Part shown: in pieces, positions 9,701 through 20,154 of the stretch | Position numbering within the stretch: the stretch's first letter is position 1 | How the letters are laid out: every line of letters starts with the position of its first letter | From: Porphyridium purpureum | Taxonomy: Eukaryota | Direction: 5' to 3' | NCBI GenBank assembly: GCA_008690995.1 | Contig: VRMN01000008.1 | Coordinates: forward strand, 310,001 to 374,000 | DNA length: 64,000 nucleotides | Made by a program: the position numbers and the translations under genes | The notes under the pieces: model-generated | The model's input: only the letters and a program-made list of their open reading frames with translations | Told to the model about the DNA's origin: nothing | Databases searched by the model: none

Positions 9701-12700
9701 GCACCCTGTCCAGCGCTCTTCTCAATTCCGCAACCCCACCACGTAACAATTTCGACCCCGTCGTTTCCTCGAATATGTTGCCGGGTAAAATACCGAGCTC
9801 GAAGAGCACGGACGCATAAATTCTTGCCACGGTCGTCTTGCCCACTCCAGGATTCCCGTAAAACATGGCGTTGAATTGCTTTCGACTTAAATCATCGCCG
9901 CGCTCCATGGCCAAAGTGACAAGGTCCTTGAGCTCCAAAAGCTTGTGCTTAACCTTTCGGCACCCAACCAATTCCATTGCCGCCTTCAAGGCAGGACATT
10001 GCCCGGCACGACGCTTGAACTCCTCAGCCTCGCGCCTCTCCTCGCTGCCGGCACCTTGCTTGGCTAGCACAGCATCCATCCTCGATTCCAATGCAGCAAT
10101 AATTGAGCATGCTATATCTAGGCACTCGGGAAAGAGGTCCATGAGTCCGTTGCTGCAAGCGATGCCCGAAAGCGCGAATCCGTACGCGTCGAGTACGTGG
10201 TCTCCATGCTTTTCGAACAAGGCGCGAGTCACGTAGTACAACGCGCTCTCGCACGAACTTTCAATCTGACGCACCTGCTCGTGAAGACCGTGAACTCTGA
10301 CATCGGACGGCATACATCCGAGCTGCAGTTCACATAACATGGTCAACATCTCTTTGACCAATCGGGCGGACGAAGATGTAGTACAATCGTCCGCAGCAGA
10401 GCTGCGGAGCAATTGGACGGCACCGACGTAATCGTTTTTTCTAAGCATCTCCCGAACGTTGCAAAGAACAGGTGGCAACACACCGTTAGGGAAGACCCTC
10501 TTTGCGCCGGAATCTTGTGCATCAACTGAACGCAATGCACTTATCAAACCCTTTAGCTCTGCAGATAGAAAGTAAAGACCCGACTGGAAATCTTCATCAT
10601 TCGTCTCATCGAGAACCTGCCTGCACAATTTCGCACCGTTCGGCGAAGAGACCGCATCGAAAATCTTCCTGCGCAATGACCTCGTCAAGACAGCCTGCAA
10701 AAGCTGTCCTTGCTTAGAACCCATGGCCACAGCCACGTGCCACTCTTTCATTTCAATTTTTTCTAGCGCGAGCTTCGTTTCCTTGTTGAGCTCGGAAAGG
10801 CTCATCGCGCTCGCGGCTTCCTTCACTTTCAGCAATTCCAATTGTTTTCGAACTTCCTTCAACTTCCGCAGGGCCTCCTCTTTCCTCCGAATAAGCTCCT
10901 GCTGAATTGCTCGCTCCACAGGTTCACGAGCATCTGCCTCGTGCATGATGGTATCCAAGGTCTGCATGCTTTTTCTTGCCTCCAATTCCTCTCTCAACTT
11001 CTTGAGTTCCAATTTATCGACCGTTTGCTTCAAGATAGCAGCCTCCTCGGCCTCAAGCGCGTCGATACGGCGGCGAAGGTCGGCTGCCTCTGCTTGTGCC
11101 TTTGTTCGCTTCAATGCTGCCGCTTCCTGAATCCTCAGGTGTTCTTTCCGGAGCTTCACCATCTCCTGCTTTGCCTGCTTTACGAGCTGAGCAAGCTCCG
11201 CGCACGTACGGCACTGCCTGCTTGCGTCGACAGGAGCTCCACATAAGGACTCAAACAAATGGCCCTTGTCACAGTATTTCGTGGTTGTCTCCATGCACTT
11301 AACATGCGTGTGCATCCGATCAAAGCCGTGACATTTGAGGGGACAATCATGGCCACAAGGCAGCCGCAATCTGCAATCACGGAGGCATCCGCCAGCGGGG
11401 CACCAGTGATCAAAGGCAGCGCGGCTGAGAAGAGGTACGTCCGGTCGAATTCCATGCTCCTGGCAGCGCGCAGGGAAGCAACGCAAAATCTGCTTCTCCT
11501 GCTGCATGCGATCCAATAAGTTTGTCCATATTTGGCGACCATAAGTATTGTAAGCATTTCTCAGCGTCCGCGCGCTCCCGAAGATTATAAGACCGTCGCG
11601 TGCTCTCGAAAGCAGCACATTCACGCGTTCGGGCTCGCTTAAAAATCCGATTGAACCGTATCGATTACAGCGCACGAGTGACGCAACAACAATCCTCGAT
11701 TCCTCGCCCTGGTAATTGTCTACTGTCGCAACGCGCACCGACCGCCTTTTCTCTTCAAACATGGACGCATCAGAACCGAGAGTATCGGATCCACTCCCAG
11801 GAGAACTGATTGAATGAGCATCAAAATCCTCACGGTCACGATCATCCAGGAAGGCACCACCGGTCATGGGATCTGCGGCTAAAGCGGCACTCAAGGCGTA
11901 CAGTTGCGCAAGGTAGGGTGTAAGCACTACTATTTCATCCGGTCGATACCCGTTTTGAAGAAGGTATCGCACAACGGCTACAACCATTTCCACTTCGTAC
12001 GCGTTAGCTTTCAATGTTGCATCTTCCTCACCGCCCGCAACTTGACTCGAGTCTTCTTGGTGGTCATGGTCGATAAACATGACATTCGAACTGACGCCGC
12101 GAATGCTTTCGCGCTTTTGCGTACCAGGACCGTCTTCTTGGTCAGGATAAGAGGGCTTAATTAAAACCGAAATCTCTGGCCTCATTCGGTGCTGCACGTT
12201 AAGTTCCCCGTGCTCAATATGCGATGACAACACTAGCCGCTCAAACAATGATACATTGAAGTTGTAGCCCTCGCGTGAGCCCGTGCTGAGCTTGTAGCTC
12301 TGTAGCTTCGGCCGCAGCTGCTGATGATCACCAATCATAATCAGATGTTCGGTCTTTTCTTGCAGCGCCGCTAGCGTGTTTGCTTCTAGCACCTCGCCAG
12401 CTTCTTCAACGATAACGACAGAGATATTGCACTCTTCTAGCAAGGCCCTGTACTTGGCGGCACCAGTTGTTGTGCACGCAATGATACGCGCGTCCATCAG
12501 AACCTGGCGATCGAGCCATTCGCCGACCAACGTCATGTCGCGCCTCAAGTCTTGCAAGCGAAGAAGGTCTACCGCACAGCGATACTGCACGTCTTGAGCG
12601 CGCTCGTCGCACCATTGGTCAACTTGCACCTTTCGGTCGGCCAGATTCATCTTCCAAACGCTAGACTCCCGCAGGGGCGACGATGAGCCGAAAAGGGGGC

Positions 12701-14960
12701 CCCGGTCCTCACCTGCAATCCAACGCCTAAACAAGGAGCTGGATTGCACCTTTTTTCCATCCTTGCCAACCATCGAGTATCCCTCACTCTCTACCAGGCC
12801 ATCGATACAAAGCTCCGCGTAAGCTTCTGGGTACTCCGAGCACAACCAATCTTTCAACGTTTCCCATGAGACATGTGCCGAACGCGCCGCGTTCAGGTTC
12901 CTGAGCTCCTCGCCAGTGTCCTCCAGACTTTGTAGTACCCCCCGTTCGGTGTGCTTTAACGCTCTATAGTGCCGACGAGCTCGGATCTCTTCGACAGAAG
13001 GACAGCCTCCATACGCTTTCCCTGCGCCGCCGCACCTTGCTCGAGCAAGATCTCTGAGATTGAACTTGGCAACTTCTTTGGACGCCCGACCGCCAACGCG
13101 CACGATACTGGTTATGCCTTGCTTGACCAGGTCACCGAGGAAATCATCCAAGGCATGGTTGGTGTACGTAATGCAAAGGACCTTCTTCGACGTGTTCCGA
13201 CAGATAATATCTGCAAGACAAACCCCAAAAAAGCTCTTTCCAGATCCAGGCCCGCCAACCGTGACCGAACAGCGAACGTTGCAGGCCATCCGTAGCGCAT
13301 CGCGCTGACGTTCGTCCAGCTTGAAGCCGGCCTGCGCTTCAATCCTCTCGATTTCGTCCTCAACCTTTACGTGCGCTAAGTAGGTTGCTGCTTTCGGCTC
13401 CTGCTTGTACACGAGTTCTTCTGCAAGCGCCACGCAAGCCTGGCCTTGCAAAGAACGCAGGACCGGCCCGTACGAGAAGAGGCTCTGTCCGGCCTCAATC
13501 AATCGCCAGCCAGGAAGAACACCACGCCCCACGTTCTTGAGAAAGCGCGCCAATCTTACACACGAGGCCTCACTATTACCATGCATCACCAATCCAACCG
13601 ACGGCGTCGGACCATGCTGGTCGAAAAACTCCCACTCACTCATTCGACTCGGATCAGCCGCGCTGGGCGGCCGCTGCACCACAAACACTTCCTGGACGGT
13701 ATTTTCTGAGCACACTAGACATACCAGCGAATCTCGCGGAAGCACCCGCAGACCGCGTTTCGACTGCCAAAATTCGACCAGATCTCTTTTCTTCTTCATG
13801 TCGTTCTTTCCTGCCTTCCGACACAGCTGCGCTGCGTACGCGGACCGCGGGAACCGGAAGGCAAATTCCAAGCATGGCTGGCGACCAAGTTCAATGCCCA
13901 CACACTGCACATCAGTAAACACGTGATGCTGGTGCTTCTTCGGATTCCGCGCCATCTCTCGCAGGGTGTCGCGGATCGGACACAAAAAGTCCTCACGCAA
14001 CAAACGAAACTGGCGTTCCTGCAGCGCTGCCTCGCTCGGGTTGTCCACTTGCCTGGGAAGATACGGCTCGAGGGGGCTGTTCAACTCTTCAATGGTTGGA
14101 ACAATCCGGATCAATCGAAAATCCACAGCGTCATTATCATGACGCCCACCCGGGCGAAAACGAGTATCGTCGAGCACGACGTGTGCAGCTTCCAGTATCA
14201 AAGTATCATCCACCTCTGAAGAGGCAAAGAGATTCTTCAAGCGGTTTGACAAAGGAGCATCGCGGGTGAGTAATTCATCCTTGAGACTGCACAAGGCAGC
14301 GTCCACTCGGGCCTCATTTGAGCACGCTGCCAGACGCACAGTGAACCAGGAAACGACAGAGAGGTCAAGTGGCTTGCTGATTGTGCCCGTCTTGAGGGCC
14401 TCGAGAAGCCTGCCGGGGAGCCCTGCTCGCAGCATGTGCTCCAGCATCTTGTTAACATGCTGCTTGGCGAGTCCAAACGCGAGCTGGTCGCCTCCAAACT
14501 TGCCGAGGAGCGGAAGAAGATCTGCAACGTTCACAGCGCGTAGCACGACGTCTCGGAGAAGGCGCTCGCCGTTTTCCGCCGGCGACGCGAGTCGAAAAAG
14601 CAGATCAACCTCATCTGAGAAACCGACGCACGCGTCGACGAACTTTTGGACCGACGCTGTGTTCTCGAACGTGAAGGTCTGGTCCTTCATAGCGCGATCG
14701 AAAAACCGACGCCACGGCGAATTCAAGCCTGGTCTACTAGCAGGCGCTCTCACGTCCGCTGGGCTTACCCGCGCCGCCAGAGTTTCTCCTCCACGAGCAA
14801 TGGCACTGCCCTGCCTTGTCTCAGAACGCCTCACGCTGCTGGGCCCAGCGGCCGGAGACCCGTCGCCTGGCGCACTTATCTTCGCGTCCCACCCATGCTC
14901 ATTTGCACGGCGCCCGCCGCGCCCACTGCCAGCATCCCCGCGCTTTCCCCGGCCCGACAT
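6751..14960 (-). CDS. ZNFX1-like SF1 (Upf1-like) helicase + NF-X1-type Zn fingers + coiled coil + three CbbX/SpoVK-like AAA+ domains + C-terminal Cys/His knuckle; predicted exons 14960-7345 and 7282-6751 (about 2715 aa)
   Basis: RHDND..DFR..IVPT..E, FRLLREDF, GPGSGKS, YTNHALD, VEEAGE, GDHQQLRP, TVDNYQGEE, RVNVLLSRAR; AAA Walker A GNPGVGKT, GNPGTGKT, GPPGTGKS; 62-nt GT..AG intron (7344-7283) joins the 165-aa ORF in frame. Confidence 0.85.
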
Positions 14961-15113
14961 TGCGCCACCTTTCCCAGATCGCGCACCTGCGTTGCCGATC
15001 CGTCCTTTATTTGTTGAGCACTCTGCGCCGGTAGCGTTGTGCGTGTATACGGTCTAACGGCTGTAAACAGAGCTGATCACTCGACCCGACACCCTCAGCA
15101 CGAGAGTCATGCG

Positions 15114-15116
15114 CAG

Positions 15117-15148
<32 letters not shown>

Positions 15149-15250
15149 GCACATGCGATACAAAGCGAAGACGAAGACGAAGATGAAGACGATGAAGATG
15201 AAGACGATGAAGATGAAGACGATGAAGACGACGATGTAGAAGACGAAGAA
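15114..15250. repeat. (CAG/CAA)n followed by (GAAGAY)n simple repeats upstream of the helicase gene
   Basis: Direct reading; explains the spurious poly-Q/poly-S ORFs. Confidence 0.85.
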
Positions 15251-16072
15251 AAGGACGAAGCAGCAGCACAGCTACAGCTACAACACCCAGGCGTGAGAGC
15301 GCGATGTGCAGTGACGCACGGCTGCATTCCGCGCTTCGGACGCACGTTCTCGCACGTGTGCACACACGGATCTCTGGAAAACATAGGTTGGTCTTGAGCG
15401 CGAGCGCTAATTCAACCATTCGTCTCGAAAGCCAAAAGATATCAGAAAAAAAGACCATTACGATAGACTCGCGTTTAGTGCTCAAAACATTGAATTTAGA
15501 GGACGTTGAAAAAGAATCATAAAATGAGACGGGTTCATTAGTAAGTGTCGGAGAGACTGTGCTGGTTTTGTGCGCTTGAAACCGTTTTGCACGGGCTGGG
15601 TGCAACGCGCGTGAGCAGGAAGACAGCGGCTCACGCTGTGATGAAATCCCGAGCGCATCCGTGCTTTGATCAAATGGTGTCGACCGACTTCGGAATAATA
15701 CGGGTGCCTGCGTCTGGCTCTTGCACCAGAACACAGACTGCGCTGTGTTCTCGCGTTTCTCTGTTGAGCATCCCGTCGCAGAGCAAAACGCATCGCCGCT
15801 GCCAGAGCACGCCAGCGCTCACAATGTATTTGGATTCGCCTGGACTCCTGGCAGCGCAGGCCAATGACCGCCCTTTCGCAAAGGAATGCCGGCGTTCTCC
15901 GTGCTCGCCAGTCGCTCTCATGGAACGTAAACATTCATGCGTGTATGCACCTCAACCGAATCATCGGTTCATTGGTTAGTGGCTTTACCTCATCTCCTGG
16001 AAGTACGGCGAGCGGAACGGTTACAGGTTGTCCCCAGCTGCTCCGTTAGCCTTTATCGACATTTGGCGTTGT

Positions 16073-19000
16073 CTAGGGCTCCTCTTGATCTTGGGGTTCA
16101 CCGCTGCTGCTTGATGAAGTGGTACCCGTGCTGTTGGTGCGGCGACCACTGCTTTGCTTGGACATGTACGCAGGTACGCGCCGAGCACGCGCATTGCGGA
16201 GAAGCAGCGCGTGAAGCAACGGACGGGGTATTTCTGGTCGCAGAGTGCCGAGTCTGAGAACCGCGCGAGTGGAGTGCACCAGCCGCGATAGCGTCACTAG
16301 GACCAACATCTGCCTCATTAATCGGTCGTGATTAGCGGCACACACATCTCGAGGATCACCGGCTGGCTCTGATTTCTCTTCCAAGGCCGCATGATCACAA
16401 TGGCAAGCTTGTGTCAGTGCGGTCATCATTTCTGACAATTTGGGTAGCTCCGCTGCAGGAGCCCTCTCGTCCAACAGGGCTTGCAGCATGTCCAGAGCCT
16501 CGTTGTCGAGCTTGACCATGTCACTTTCCTCAGACAGCACAAGTGAAGATATGATGCCCCTATCGCATGCGTCATAGTCGGCATGCGCCAGGTAAACGCC
16601 CCGCAACACGCGCATGTCGTGCGCAAGTGCACCAACAAGACGCTCCAAGTAGTCGTGGAACACGCTCGAAGTCGACTCAAGCTCGTCAATGGCGGCCACT
16701 TGCGAGCTGATGTCCCGACAGATCTTCAAAAAGAATCGAAAAACTACCGTCGACACGTAGAGCCGTGCATCAATCCCGATCAACAGACCTGGCTTTGCCG
16801 CAACGCCGTCACGCATGTAAGTCTCGGCAAGTAACATTTGGGCGCCGCATGCACCGATGACTTTGTCAAGGGCAATACTGCGGCCCACCGGCGCGCTCGA
16901 TTCAGGGCCGGCCGTTTTTCGAGCGACTGCGAGCTTCACTTTTGTGAAGGCCCAATGTAGCTTCTTGGGTGGCGCAGGAGTACTTGTCTTTGGCGCGTCA
17001 GAAGATTTGTCCCTGGTCAGAAAGGTCGGGATGCCAATGCCAAAATCCCTCAGGTGCTCTAGCGCATTTATAAAATACGCGCGAGCGTTCCATCCGCCAC
17101 CTATGGAGAATATCAGAGACAGTAGCACTTGCAAGCTGCCGCCCATGAGCACAGAGAGTGTTCTTGAGACTACGTAGTACTCGATAGTGTATGTCTCCCG
17201 CGTCAAGTACCAGTTAAGAAGAACAACAAGGTTGAACACGATTGCATTCCTGAAAAATGTGCCCCAAATCGGATTCATCGTGAAACGGGATCGGCCACCC
17301 GGGTCACGCTGGAGTGACACAAATGTGGCAATCGTGAGCACTTGCCACGCAATGACACCAACCAGCGAGTCTTGCGCAGATCGCCCTGCGGCCCACGCAA
17401 ACAAAATGCCGGTCAATCCGCCGCAGGTACGCAGCAGAGTCACCCAGACGGCACCTTCAAACGTATCTGCAGAGCATTGGACGAACTGCAGGATGGACCA
17501 CATTTCGAGCCGCGTAGCAGCTTGTTGGTTCAGAATAGGCTCGACGGCACCTTCCAGGGGAAAGGGCGTCCAGGTCCGGTACACATCACTTGCTGTGGCG
17601 GGAATGGCTAGAATGAATATTCCCAATGCCATCTTGAAACCCGTGCGTACTTCATCTTTGAAAAACCATGCGTCAGGTCCACGCCACCGCAACTGCCATC
17701 TCAGGAGCGCCACCAACGCCAAGGCCCAGTTTCCAATCATGCCCTTCAATGAAAGCAAGGTTGGACCGAGCGCCGCTGCGGCGAGAAATTTAACAACAAC
17801 CATCCACGACTTTGGCTCAAGCTCGGCAACGCAAAGCCTGCGAACAGCCTTACTCAGGCGAATGGGGCCAGAAAGATATAGATCATGAAGCAAACACTGA
17901 CGGGCATTGATTGCTGCCCGTTGCGAGTCTGTCGAGGCGTTTTGCATGTACGGGGCCCAGTCCAATGTGGAGAAGGAATCGAGAAGCGCAGTTTCCAAGT
18001 CATCGAATGCGGCCAATTTGGCCTCAACGCGTGCTCTCGTTTTGTGCCAAGAGTAAGGCGTGATGGCCGAAGTCTGTGCACAGTGCTCGAGCAGAGCGCG
18101 CGACGCGTCGAAAACGGGTTGCTGAAACTCGACCCACACGTCGTCATTCTCAATCCCCAAACCAAGCTCGTGCCTGCACAACGCCCATGTGGACATTTGG
18201 ATAATGATCGAATGGGCTGACTCGGATGCCTCCATCAGTTCCGAATCATACTTGTGCCGAAGTGACGGAGTCAGCGGTGTCGGCTCTAGCGTAGCCGCCT
18301 TCATTTTGTGCTTAATATCTGTTACAACATTGGACAGCGCAATCACCTCTTGTGTTATCTTGCGTGGAACTTTGGCTCCATCAGCGAGCTCGGCGCACAT
18401 GCGGGCCAACGTATACTGCAGGCGACCCAGCAGATGGCGCGCTTCGCCGCGGTAGAGCATGTGGGGCGGAACCATGGCAGCTGCAAAGTACAGCGAAGCG
18501 CCAACCAGGACGGCAATTAGAATGCTCGAGCTACTTTTCACAAGCGCCGAGCTAGTTGACCACAGGAATTTCGAAATCATCCACATTCCCGGCAGTACAC
18601 CGACTTCGAGCCCACTCTCGGTTCTTTGGGCGAAAATTTCCAAATCTGATAGCCCAAGCATCGCCAAGCGCTCCTGAAGGACCGCTATAACGTTTTCAGC
18701 CAATGATGCCAGATCGTTGGGCCATTCCGAAATAGGCGGCAATCCAGAGTAAGGGACGGTGATGCTGATGCCTGAAACAAGGAATTCAAAGATGCCAAAA
18801 AAGACAAAGTTCCAGATGAGAGCTACGAACTTGAAATTCGTAATTCCCACCTGGGCACATTTGCCAGCACGTCCAAACGCGAACAGACAAAAGACCACCA
18901 AGATCGACACGAGGCCAAACCACTTGTTGACGATTGTGCAGACTGCGGTGAAAGAAGCGACGCAAAGGGCCAAAAGAAACCAAACCAGAAAAGAACTCAC

Positions 19001-19606
19001 AAAGACAATGCCCCCGCCAATGCCCGCAGACATGGCCCAGAGCAAAAAGTACGCAATTGCGACAAGCAAGCCAAGAGAACTGCTTGTCAAAGTCAGATAG
19101 GTTGCCGGGACTCCAAACGCGGCGCACATGACAAACAAATGCACTCGGACGCCCACGAGAAAGCGGGGCTTGAACCCTGTCCAAGAGGCGTCGCGCAAAG
19201 GATCCTCCCAGTCATCGGGTAGTAGTAGCAAGTACTCTGCATATGTCTGCTCGCTGCATTCGTGCCCAGTCTGCAGCCTTTTTCGCCTAGGAACCAAACG
19301 TTTTAAGTAACGCCATGCGCCTGCTCGGCGGCTGCTCACCCTTCCCCAAAGCTTCTGCCGCGACGCTTTCCCTTCATGTGGCGCGTGTTCCGCGTTGTCG
19401 CCATCGGGGGCGCCGCCATCACTCCCATCTGGCGTGCCAGCCATTCCAAAACTGCTCGAGAGCAGCTCTACCGCGTGCTCACGCTCTTCTTCCGTCAACT
19501 CGAGCAGTTCCGGCGATGCTTCATCGTAGAGTTCTGCCACAGCCGAGAACAGTTCAGCATCCTCAAACCCATCCGCATCAGCGGAAACATTCTCATCAAG
19601 CCCCAT
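16073..19606 (-). CDS. Polytopic membrane protein, ALMT/FUSC (aromatic acid exporter)-like, two TM blocks
   Basis: 1177-aa ORF with two clusters of hydrophobic helices; RTGFKMALG and TFEGAV...LLRTCGGLTG segments typical of FUSC/ALMT-like exporters. Confidence 0.6.
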   Translation of the reverse strand: MGLDENVSADADGFEDAELFSAVAELYDEASPELLELTEEEREHAVELLSSSFGMAGTPDGSDGGAPDGDNAEHAPHEGKASRQKLWGRVSSRRAGAWRYLKRLVPRRKRLQTGHECSEQTYAEYLLLLPDDWEDPLRDASWTGFKPRFLVGVRVHLFVMCAAFGVPATYLTLTSSSLGLLVAIAYFLLWAMSAGIGGGIVFVSSFLVWFLLALCVASFTAVCTIVNKWFGLVSILVVFCLFAFGRAGKCAQVGITNFKFVALIWNFVFFGIFEFLVSGISITVPYSGLPPISEWPNDLASLAENVIAVLQERLAMLGLSDLEIFAQRTESGLEVGVLPGMWMISKFLWSTSSALVKSSSSILIAVLVGASLYFAAAMVPPHMLYRGEARHLLGRLQYTLARMCAELADGAKVPRKITQEVIALSNVVTDIKHKMKAATLEPTPLTPSLRHKYDSELMEASESAHSIIIQMSTWALCRHELGLGIENDDVWVEFQQPVFDASRALLEHCAQTSAITPYSWHKTRARVEAKLAAFDDLETALLDSFSTLDWAPYMQNASTDSQRAAINARQCLLHDLYLSGPIRLSKAVRRLCVAELEPKSWMVVVKFLAAAALGPTLLSLKGMIGNWALALVALLRWQLRWRGPDAWFFKDEVRTGFKMALGIFILAIPATASDVYRTWTPFPLEGAVEPILNQQAATRLEMWSILQFVQCSADTFEGAVWVTLLRTCGGLTGILFAWAAGRSAQDSLVGVIAWQVLTIATFVSLQRDPGGRSRFTMNPIWGTFFRNAIVFNLVVLLNWYLTRETYTIEYYVVSRTLSVLMGGSLQVLLSLIFSIGGGWNARAYFINALEHLRDFGIGIPTFLTRDKSSDAPKTSTPAPPKKLHWAFTKVKLAVARKTAGPESSAPVGRSIALDKVIGACGAQMLLAETYMRDGVAAKPGLLIGIDARLYVSTVVFRFFLKICRDISSQVAAIDELESTSSVFHDYLERLVGALAHDMRVLRGVYLAHADYDACDRGIISSLVLSEESDMVKLDNEALDMLQALLDERAPAAELPKLSEMMTALTQACHCDHAALEEKSEPAGDPRDVCAANHDRLMRQMLVLVTLSRLVHSTRAVLRLGTLRPEIPRPLLHALLLRNARARRVPAYMSKQSSGRRTNSTGTTSSSSSGEPQDQEEP

Positions 19607-20154
19607 TGCGCTGCGCGCTGTCTACCAGCGCTCTACGCACGTCGCTATTCACGCGCGCAGGCTGACCCGTTGAGAGCCGTTGATGCAGCGACACACATCC
19701 TTGCCATGGAACATCGGGACTCACCGAATTCGGAATCGGCGCCCAGCCGGAATGCAAAGTTCTATTAAAACTACCCCAACATATCATATGTTGAGCGAGC
19801 ACGTTCCCTTTCTGACCACACCCCCACCTCGCCAGCTCAAGCTCGCCACCAAACACGCACACGCGTCCAACTGTACCGCATTCAAAATAGAGTATGGTAC
19901 AGTGCATACAGTTTAGAATTATGACGTACAGTGAGCGGCAAGGTGAAGGGAAGAAAGGCGAGAGCGGCTGCGAGAGGTGGGGGGTGTGTGTTGTGTGACG
20001 TTTGGAGGGACTGTGGCGCTTCCAGGACACGGCGCTGGGTAAGCCGGTGGTTTGGGCTTGAGTACGGACTGCAGAATAGGTAGTCCGGGTGGCTTGGGGT
20101 GGTGGTGGCGATTGAGAAAAAGGGAGTCGGCTGAGCATTCCGTGTCGGAAGAAT

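Noticed and set aside
15007..15734. ORFs with poly-Ser, poly-Gln or LHRLH repeats
   Set aside because: By-products of CAG and GAAGAY microsatellites; no domain content
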